From a virus, in the UHGV virus genome UHGV-0168080: 23,956 nt of DNA. One strand, written 5' to 3'. Made by a program: the position numbers and the translations under genes. The notes below the pieces were generated by a model. That model ran no database searches, was not told the origin of the DNA, and was given only the letters and a program-made list of their open reading frames with translations. Below are positions 17,845-23,956 of this stretch, piece by piece. Each line of letters opens with the position of its first letter. Positions within the stretch are counted from its first letter, which is position 1.

Positions 17845-18441
17845 TCATCTACCCTCAACCATGAATGATTTGATCGTTCCGACTATTTGGTGAACAAATT
17901 CAAGATCGCTTTTCCTGAAGATGGCGCGTTGTGAGTTTGTTCCATCCAGATAGTAATTTTCATCATCAAAACGGGCCAGGCGCTGGATAGTGATATTTCC
18001 TGCAGTATCACGAACCAGAACATCCTCGCCGGGGACCAGTTCCAGCGCAGAATCGACCAGGAGAAAATCGCCTGGCTGATAGTTTCCCTGCGTAAGATTG
18101 CTGATAGTTAACGCATAAACAGTATTGCGCTGGCTGATGAATGGCAGGAATCGCTCAGTATTTGGAACCTGTCCTGGCTTCCACTCTTCATCAGGTCCAC
18201 TTTCAGTTGTGCCAATAACAGGAATGCGATCAGGGTCATATTCTGTCCCATACAGCACCCAATGCACTGGCTTGCGTAAGCATTTAGCCAGGGCAATACC
18301 TATCTCCAGTGACGGCATTACGTCGCCACGTTCTAAGTTTTGGACGCCTGCAATAGAGATATCGACAGCCTCAGCAACTTCTCGCAACGTCAGCTTCATC
18401 TCTAAACGGCGTGCTTTCAGTCGTTCGCCTCGTGTTTTCAT
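17845..18441 (-). CDS. cB: Prophage repressor CB (CI-like: N-terminal XRE HTH plus C-terminal LexA/S24-like domain)
   Basis: 198 aa; HTH LTLREVAEAVDISIAGVQNLERG; C-terminal region aligns by eye to the LexA/CI fold; divergent from cro across an operator region. Confidence 0.85.
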   Translation of the reverse strand: MKTRGERLKARRLEMKLTLREVAEAVDISIAGVQNLERGDVMPSLEIGIALAKCLRKPVHWVLYGTEYDPDRIPVIGTTESGPDEEWKPGQVPNTERFLPFISQRNTVYALTISNLTQGNYQPGDFLLVDSALELVPGEDVLVRDTAGNITIQRLARFDDENYYLDGTNSQRAIFRKSDLEFVHQIVGTIKSFMVEGR

Positions 18442-18463
18442 AGCTTAATCATAAATGATCTTC

Positions 18464-18505
18464 TTATAGCTGGCTATAAAATTTATTTATTATAGCTGGC
18501 TTTAA
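18464..18505. promoter_or_regulatory. Tandem palindromic operators TTATAGC-TG-GCTATAA between cB and cro
   Basis: Perfect copy at 18464-18479 and near-perfect copy (TTATAGCTGGCTTTAA) at 18490-18505, 26 bp centre-to-centre. Confidence 0.6.
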
Positions 18506-18532
18506 TTGTTGTTTATTGTTTATAATAACAAC

Positions 18533-18754
18533 ATGAAACCAGAAGAACTTATTCGCCACTTTGGCAGTGTAGAAAAAGCAGCGGCAGGGGTAGGTGTAAC
18601 ACCCGGAGCTGTTTACCAATGGTTAACCGCTGGAGAGATTCCTTCATTGCGGCAAAGCGATATTGAAGTTCGTACTGCTTATAAGCTGAAGAGTGACTTT
18701 ACAACTCGGCGGGTAAAGCAGTCGATTAAGGAGAGTCGTAAGCGTGGAGCTTGA
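18533..18754 (+). CDS. cro: Cro-like repressor (HTH)
   Basis: HTH segment GSVEKAAAGVGVTPGAVYQWL; divergent from cB. The ATG at 18533 has no clear SD (the ORF-track start at 18506 is TTG), so the start is uncertain. Confidence 0.6.
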   Translation: MKPEELIRHFGSVEKAAAGVGVTPGAVYQWLTAGEIPSLRQSDIEVRTAYKLKSDFTTRRVKQSIKESRKRGA

Positions 18755-19454
18755 GTATATACGCAGCTGCGTCTCTACGGCATTGGCTGATGTTCATTAT
18801 CGCCAGCGTGGCATTCTGGAGGTCCAGCTTGAGCAGATGCGTCTCGGTAGATCAGGACGGTTTAACAATAAACCAGTCCGGTCAATCAGTGTGGGGGATG
18901 ATAACTCATACGAAGTGTCCGTTCCTGCTGAGCCGGTAAGATTCCACCAGGGGAAAACATTTAAACAATCATCAATGTTGCTCACTGATATTGATTTTCA
19001 GAGCGCCAGCTGGCGCAGGGCTATTGGTCAGTTGAATAACGAGGAATCAGCCTGGCTTTATTATTGCTACGGATGCAAGCCAGATTACAACAATGATGTG
19101 ATTGTTTGTCAGTGGTTATGGCTTGATTTTCTGGTTGCTCATTCGGGGGGCGGCTTTAAAAAAATGAAGGCCTCCACGAAAAAAGCCATGCGGAAATTGA
19201 TTTATTACGCGGCACAGCAGGTTAAATCAGAACTTACGTGTGCTGAGGCAGTTGATGAGAGAGAACAGGACAGGCATCTGAGTTTTCTGCTGAATATATC
19301 TATTGATAGCTGGAGACAAGATTATAAAGAACGCTGGCTTTTAATTAAGTCGCGATGTCTGAGCTTAAATCGAACTGCATTATTAAATGCGGCGGAGAAG
19401 CGCAGTGAAATCATCAAACGCCATCGGGCAGGAAGTGCCATTCTGCCTTTGTAA
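18744..19454 (+). CDS. Putative late-gene antiterminator (Q-like by position) or unknown early protein
   Basis: 236 aa; GTG start with strong RBS AAGGAGAG; lies directly after cro as Q does in N15. The family is not confirmed from sequence. Confidence 0.35.
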   Translation: MELEYIRSCVSTALADVHYRQRGILEVQLEQMRLGRSGRFNNKPVRSISVGDDNSYEVSVPAEPVRFHQGKTFKQSSMLLTDIDFQSASWRRAIGQLNNEESAWLYYCYGCKPDYNNDVIVCQWLWLDFLVAHSGGGFKKMKASTKKAMRKLIYYAAQQVKSELTCAEAVDEREQDRHLSFLLNISIDSWRQDYKERWLLIKSRCLSLNRTALLNAAEKRSEIIKRHRAGSAILPL

Positions 19455-19707
19455 ACAAGTTATGTTCAGGAAACCGTCGAAGCCAGAATTAAGGTATTCG
19501 GGGGTAAGAAATGAATATGTTATCTGGTGTCCAACTTGTGGTTACAGGACACGACCAGATAGTAATAAGCAGTCTGTAATTGCCGATTGGTATTTATCAA
19601 ATCAGCCAGGTAATAAGCATATAGAAAATCTTTGGATTAAGCGTTACTTGGAAATCAGAGAGGGTGCGACCGTGGTCGCACAAGAAAATGAAAATAACGC
19701 CATTTAA
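19387..19707 (+). CDS. Small putative zinc-ribbon protein (start uncertain)
   Basis: Cys pairs CLC...CPTC; the 5' end overlaps the preceding gene, and the true start may be internal (ATG at 19462). Confidence 0.45.
   Translation: MRRRSAVKSSNAIGQEVPFCLCKQVMFRKPSKPELRYSGVRNEYVIWCPTCGYRTRPDSNKQSVIADWYLSNQPGNKHIENLWIKRYLEIREGATVVAQENENNAI
19664..19681. repeat. sopC-like centromere box GTGCGACC-GT-GGTCGCAC (second copy)
   Basis: 18-bp palindrome with 8-bp arms and the same core as the copy at 17222. Confidence 0.5.
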
Positions 19708-19717
19708 GCAGGGGCCG

Positions 19718-19891
19718 ATGACGCATGATGAAGCAGAGCGTCTTTCAGATACTTATCGGCGGCGTGGTAAGAAAGTTCTGGTTGTTCGTTCTGATTTTTT
19801 AGGTGATGGATATTGCGTTTATGTTCATTTACCTGAATCAGAAAGAACGCCAAAACCATCCAGAACATATCAACAGAAAATTTGGGTATAG
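19718..19891 (+). CDS. Small hypothetical protein
   Basis: ATG at 19718 with AGGGG 4 nt upstream; alternative in-frame starts at 19664 (GTG) and 19688 (ATG). Confidence 0.35.
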   Translation: MTHDEAERLSDTYRRRGKKVLVVRSDFLGDGYCVYVHLPESERTPKPSRTYQQKIWV

Positions 19892-19914
19892 ATAAACGTT
19901 GAGGAGAATTATTC

Positions 19915-20514
19915 GTGACTAATCAGATTATTTACGACAGGAAACGGTCTGATGTAATGATTGACCTTGAAACAATGGGTACTAACACATGTGCTCCAAT
20001 TGTTTCTATCGGGGCAGTGTTTTTTTCTCCAGAAAATGAGGAATTAGGTCCTACTTTTTATGTGCCAGTGAATCTCAGAAGCTCGATGTTGAATGGTGGT
20101 GTCGCCGATGGTGATACCATTTTATGGTGGTTGAAACAGAGCAAGGAAGCCAGAGCCGCAATTTGTACTAATGATGCCCTTGATATTAAGGATGCACTTT
20201 TTGAATTATCACACTTTATTACTTGCCATGCATGTAATTTAAAAAAATTGAAAGTATGGGGAAATGGAGCAACGTTCGATAATGTAATTTTACGCGGTGC
20301 TTATGAGCGCGTTGGCTTAGCCTGTCCGTGGGAATATTTTAATGATCAGGATGTTCGAACAATCGTTAATCTTGGTCAGTTTATTGGTTTTAATCCTAAA
20401 AAAGATATGCCATTTGATGGCGAACGACACAATGCCCTGGCTGATGCTATTCATCAGGCTAAATATGTATCCGCAATTTTCTCCCGTCTTGTAAAAGGGC
20501 AAGGAGAATCGTAA
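19915..20514 (+). CDS. DEDDh-family 3'-5' exonuclease
   Basis: Motifs MIDLETMG (Exo I D-x-E) and ERHNALADA (Exo III H-x4-D); GTG start with RBS GAGGAG (alternative ATG at 19957). Confidence 0.75.
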   Translation: MTNQIIYDRKRSDVMIDLETMGTNTCAPIVSIGAVFFSPENEELGPTFYVPVNLRSSMLNGGVADGDTILWWLKQSKEARAAICTNDALDIKDALFELSHFITCHACNLKKLKVWGNGATFDNVILRGAYERVGLACPWEYFNDQDVRTIVNLGQFIGFNPKKDMPFDGERHNALADAIHQAKYVSAIFSRLVKGQGES

Positions 20515-20936
20515 TGGCAAAGGCTTTTACACCAGAACAGAGGGAAGAACTGAATAAACAAATTGTGGAACTCGTACGCCTGAATGGACGAGGAACGGTT
20601 AGGCAACTTGCGGATGAAACTGGTATTAGCCGGTGTGCTGTTAGTCGTTTATCAAGAGAGCTTGCTGCCAGTGGTGATTTGTATATCTCTGGCTCCGGGA
20701 TATTTCTGTCTGCACAAGCACGCAAGGACTGGCAAAACGCCCGTAAAAAGCTATCAAGAGTAAAGCCGAAGAAATCGGTAGTGGTTGATCCAGACCTTAT
20801 CTGGTCATTACCTGACGGAGAAATACGTCGTTACGACAGGCGCTTGAACATGATTTGTCACGATTGCCAGAAGAGCGAAGTTATGCAGCGTGTGCTGGCG
20901 TTTTATCAGGGAAATCTTCAGGAGGTAGTACTGTGA
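20514..20936 (+). CDS. HTH-domain protein (putative regulator)
   Basis: HTH-like GTVRQLADETGISRCAVSRLSREL; start overlaps the exonuclease stop (TAATG); RBS AGGAG. Confidence 0.65.
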   Translation: MAKAFTPEQREELNKQIVELVRLNGRGTVRQLADETGISRCAVSRLSRELAASGDLYISGSGIFLSAQARKDWQNARKKLSRVKPKKSVVVDPDLIWSLPDGEIRRYDRRLNMICHDCQKSEVMQRVLAFYQGNLQEVVL

Positions 20937-21685
20937 GTGAAATCAATTATCAGGTACTGCGTGAGATAGCAAAACAGGCAACACAGGGTGAATGGGTCGC
21001 ATTTATTTCGCCGGGTACTGGTACGTATGCAGTGCATACGCCCGGTGATAAACGATGTGAAGACGTTATCAAATGGACCGGCTTTGACGGACAGAAAAAC
21101 GCAGAGAACAACGCTCATTATATCGCAGCTTTCAACCCTGAAGTAGTGCAGGCACTGCTGGATGAACGAGAGGCTCAAAGCAAACGCATTGCAGAGCTGG
21201 AGGCCAGTTGCGCGGCTCTGGCGGCGGAGAATGCAAGACTGAAGGCCGGGGCTATGTATTTCTCATATGGCTCTGAATTTAGTTTCGAGTGTCACAAAAC
21301 TGCTGAGGAGGCTATCGCTGCTGCTGAGGCTGCAATTGACGACTATAGAGGCGATGCTTGCGATGGATGGAGCGAAGAGGTCGAAAGCATTTGCTGGGGG
21401 GTAATTATTCAGCAGGCAACCAAGGTCGGTGAACGCAAGAAGAGGAAATGCGACAGAGTATCACCATGGATTGAAAGAGTTTGTGATTATGAGCTTCGAC
21501 CTAATGTCGAAACCCCAGCCACCGACTCTTTCCTGTCTGAAGTGCGGGCGCAGGGGGTGGAAATGTTTGCACAGAAATGTAACTCAAAATCCGAACAGTC
21601 GCTTGCATCTGATATACGCGATAACTGGAAACTACTCGGTGAGCATGCGACTGACTTTGCCGCAGAGATTCGCAAAGGAGAGTGA
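20933..21685 (+). CDS. Ea22-like coiled-coil protein
   Basis: GTG start overlapping the upstream stop (GTGA) with RBS GGAGG 7 nt upstream; motif AAFNPEVVQALLDEREAQSKRIAELEA is typical of lambdoid Ea22-family proteins. The ORF-track extension to 20855 is rejected. Confidence 0.55.
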   Translation: MSEINYQVLREIAKQATQGEWVAFISPGTGTYAVHTPGDKRCEDVIKWTGFDGQKNAENNAHYIAAFNPEVVQALLDEREAQSKRIAELEASCAALAAENARLKAGAMYFSYGSEFSFECHKTAEEAIAAAEAAIDDYRGDACDGWSEEVESICWGVIIQQATKVGERKKRKCDRVSPWIERVCDYELRPNVETPATDSFLSEVRAQGVEMFAQKCNSKSEQSLASDIRDNWKLLGEHATDFAAEIRKGE

Positions 21686-21686
21686 T

Positions 21687-22136
21687 ATGACCACTATTAC
21701 CAGAGAAAACTCGAAGATTAAATCATTCATCAATGGCTTCCTGAGCGACCCGGCGCACGATAACCAATCCTCAGACAGCCTGCTTGCCAATGTGTTTCGT
21801 ATCGCACAGGCATCGCTGGAAGCAGAACCGATGGCATGGCGATATCGCTACGTGAAAAAAGGCATTACGGACTCACAGGGGGAGCCGTGGGTTGGTGACT
21901 GGAAATATGTACCGACAAAAGAGGATTGCAACGACAGACCGAACTATGAAATTCAGGCGTTATTCACTGCCCCGCCTGTGCCACTGACACCAGAAGGATT
22001 GATTAAAGCAGTGCGCTTCTATGAACAGGTTAAGCGTGAAAATCCGCCAGTCGAAACCGGAGCATGGAAAGACGCTGTTGACTGGGTGCTCAAAGAGGCT
22101 TGCCAGGCTGTAAACATTGGTACCAAAGGAGATTGA
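21687..22136 (+). CDS. Hypothetical protein, paralogue of the next gene
   Basis: ATG 1 nt after the upstream stop, RBS AGGAG; shares the IAQASLEAEPMAW motif with the downstream gene. Confidence 0.7.
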   Translation: MTTITRENSKIKSFINGFLSDPAHDNQSSDSLLANVFRIAQASLEAEPMAWRYRYVKKGITDSQGEPWVGDWKYVPTKEDCNDRPNYEIQALFTAPPVPLTPEGLIKAVRFYEQVKRENPPVETGAWKDAVDWVLKEACQAVNIGTKGD

Positions 22137-22137
22137 T

Positions 22138-22551
22138 ATGAGCACTTTTACCGACAAAGAACTGATTAAAGAAATCAAAGAGCGCATAGGCAGCCTGGAC
22201 GTGAGAGACAATATTGAGCGCCGGGCTTATGAAATAGCGTTAGCCTCGCTGGAAGCAGAACCGGTGGCATGGCTGCATTCAGACAATGGCTTAGGTATTC
22301 CGGCAATAACCCGGAGTAAAAACATTGCTGACAGTTGGTTATCAAAGGGCTGGTATGTTCAGTCATTATATGTAGCCCAGCCACTGCCGGTGGTGCCGGA
22401 TGATAATCGTATTCAGTTTTCTGTTTCACTTCCTGCAGCGTTTGGTGGAGATAAATATTTTATTGATGGTGTATTTCAACCTTTGAGATATGAGCGTGAC
22501 TGTGAAAGGGCGGTTGTGGCCGCTGGCGGTGTAGTTAATTGGGTTAAGTAA
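22138..22551 (+). CDS. Hypothetical protein, paralogue of the previous gene
   Basis: ATG with RBS AGGAG; motif IALASLEAEPVAW. Confidence 0.7.
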   Translation: MSTFTDKELIKEIKERIGSLDVRDNIERRAYEIALASLEAEPVAWLHSDNGLGIPAITRSKNIADSWLSKGWYVQSLYVAQPLPVVPDDNRIQFSVSLPAAFGGDKYFIDGVFQPLRYERDCERAVVAAGGVVNWVK

Positions 22552-22566
22552 TTTTCAGGAGGATTT

Positions 22567-22893
22567 ATGGCGCTGACACCGGCAGAACGGCAAAGGAGAC
22601 GCAGGGAACGGTTGAAGAAGGAAGGCACATCAAGACGGGACTGGATTCTAGAACCTGACGAGTTACGTATGTTGGGGGAAATTTGTGTATTGCGTAGACC
22701 AGGGCGAGTTCCATATTCGGAGAACGAAGTCATTGGTTTGCTGATCAGGAAAAACTATAAGGAGCTGCAGAAGCAGCTATCTACTACTTGCCCGCGATGT
22801 GGTCAAAAAATGCCTGTTTCAGAATGCATTTTTGATGGCGAAGGCTCATGCCACCTTACAACCACGAGGTTGAAACTTGCGCTCAAAGCGTGA
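22567..22893 (+). CDS. Hypothetical basic protein with C-terminal Cys cluster
   Basis: RBS AGGAGG; Arg-rich N-terminus (ERQRRRRERLKKEG) and CPRCG...C..C near the C-terminus. Confidence 0.65.
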   Translation: MALTPAERQRRRRERLKKEGTSRRDWILEPDELRMLGEICVLRRPGRVPYSENEVIGLLIRKNYKELQKQLSTTCPRCGQKMPVSECIFDGEGSCHLTTTRLKLALKA

Positions 22894-22911
22894 CTGGTCA
22901 CGGAGGGATAA

Positions 22912-23154
22912 ATGGATAAAAAGGCATTGCTTTTTGAAATGATACGAAAACGGAGCGAAAAGAGCTTTTCTGATGGTGGTGATGGGTTTGTTTTCGCTTC
23001 GATGCTTGCTTTTGATGTTGGGTTAAATAGCAGAATTGTTAAAAGGATGCTTGATTCTGCTGTCCGTACTGGACTTCTTGAGAAAGCTGATCGTGGCATA
23101 GGGAGAGAGCATAAGTATCGGGCCACACAGCAGTTTACGCAGTTAATTCATTGA
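22912..23154 (+). CDS. Hypothetical small protein
   Basis: RBS GGAGGG 5 nt upstream; 80 aa. Confidence 0.6.
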   Translation: MDKKALLFEMIRKRSEKSFSDGGDGFVFASMLAFDVGLNSRIVKRMLDSAVRTGLLEKADRGIGREHKYRATQQFTQLIH

Positions 23155-23236
23155 AAATTGACCGTAAAGTTTGAGTTTTACCCTGTAATTTTATACAGTA
23201 TAAATAACCTTTTTTAGTTAAATGGTATGAGATTTA

Positions 23237-23440
23237 ATGTCTGAAGCAGCCGTATCAACTCTTGAACAACTCGATTCAAATTTAAGAGATATTGACGCCG
23301 TTCTGGATCTGGTTAGCGTCACCCTGGCTTCTCCAGAAGCCAGCCTACATATTGGTGAGGTTTCACGACTCATCAACATGTCGCGAGAGATTGCCCAGCA
23401 TTGTCAGAAAACTATCGCTGTTGAGCGTTCACATCATTGA
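23237..23440 (+). CDS. Hypothetical small protein
   Basis: 67 aa ORF with a weak RBS; followed by a 7-bp GC hairpin (CACCCCG/CGGGGTG) shared with the convergent antitoxin gene. Confidence 0.45.
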   Translation: MSEAAVSTLEQLDSNLRDIDAVLDLVSVTLASPEASLHIGEVSRLINMSREIAQHCQKTIAVERSHH

Positions 23441-23482
23441 TGCACACCCCGCCCTTCTGGACGGGGTGGTAAAAGGGTCTAA

Positions 23483-23770
23483 TTAATAAACAGCGCGAAT
23501 ATCGATGGTTGCGCCGCAGGCATGAGCATATTTAGCCAAAGTTTTCATACTTGCCCCTAAAGGATTGCTTTCCAGGCGGCTGATGGCTGACGGGCGCAAC
23601 CCCATTCGTTCAGCCAGAGCTGATTTCGTTAAACCTGCTCTTTCCCTCATTTCGTATAACATTTCGACCATCTCCAGCTCTTTGTCGGCCTCTTCATATC
23701 CTTTGACGGCTTCTGGAGTGTTGAGGAGTTTTTCTTTTACTTCGTTAAACGGGATGCCTTTCGCTTTCAT
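23483..23770 (-). CDS. HTH (XRE-family) antitoxin of a HigBA/Gp49-type toxin-antitoxin pair
   Basis: 95 aa; HTH segment LTKSALAERMGLRPSAISRLE; start overlaps the stop of the upstream toxin-like gene. Confidence 0.75.
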   Translation of the reverse strand: MKAKGIPFNEVKEKLLNTPEAVKGYEEADKELEMVEMLYEMRERAGLTKSALAERMGLRPSAISRLESNPLGASMKTLAKYAHACGATIDIRAVY

Positions 23771-23907
23771 CAGTTCATCTCCTTCAGGCGAGTTCTGGCG
23801 ATTTCGATAGCCTTCACCGGTGTTTTCTGTGTCTTTTTTCTAAACGCATTAAATAAAACAACAATTACTTCTCCATCATATATAAAGAAAATTCGAAATT
23901 CATTATT
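23770..23907 (-). CDS. RelE/HigB-type (Gp49-like) toxin, C-terminal 45 codons only; N-terminus lost at the contig end
   Basis: The genome-encoded part reads NNEFRIFFIYDGEVIVVLFNAFRKKTQKTPVKAIEIARTRLKEMN; the ORF-track N-terminus MQRSLVGSEMCIRDR is translated adapter. Confidence 0.65.
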   Translation of the reverse strand, partial: NNEFRIFFIYDGEVIVVLFNAFRKKTQKTPVKAIEIARTRLKEMN

Positions 23908-23908
23908 C

Positions 23909-23956
23909 CTGTCTCTTATACACATCTCCGAGCCCACGAGACTACGCTGCATCTCG
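23909..23956. other. Illumina Nextera adapter read-through (Tn5 mosaic end plus index plus start of P7); assembly artefact
   Basis: CTGTCTCTTATACACATCTCCGAGCCCACGAGAC followed by the 8-nt index-like TACGCTGC and ATCTCG. Confidence 0.95.

Noticed and set aside
20855-20932. Upstream extension of the Ea22-like ORF to an ATG at 20855
   Set aside because: It would overlap the preceding HTH gene by 80 nt in another frame; a GTG at 20933 with a well-placed GGAGG and a stop/start overlap is the more credible start.
23909-23952. N-terminal 15 residues (MQRSLVGSEMCIRDR) of the terminal minus-strand ORF as genuine protein
   Set aside because: These codons are encoded by the Nextera adapter sequence, so they are an artefact.

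Overview
This window reads as a slice of an N15-like linear plasmid-prophage (phage-plasmid) from an enterobacterium. Gene calls rest on recognition of protein families from the translations and on motifs read directly in the sequence; no database search was run, and coordinates of the smaller non-coding motifs were counted by hand. Order along the window: a lambda-type tail tip/fibre module (J C-terminus, lom, stf, tfa); an F-like sopBA partition operon; a telomere-resolution site (42-bp perfect palindrome) next to the protelomerase gene telN; an antirepressor operon preceded by two paralogous structured RNA-like elements; a colicin M/immunity cargo with a LexA box; two unknown coupled genes; the giant RepA primase-helicase; the immunity region (cB, operators, cro, Q-like); right-arm early genes; and a toxin-antitoxin pair cut off by the contig end. 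The last 48 nt are an Illumina Nextera adapter, not biology. The components I regard as most worth follow-up are the divergent telomere site, the paired RNA elements upstream of the antirepressor operon, and the unknown two-gene cassette beside the colicin cargo; none of these is proven novel from sequence alone.
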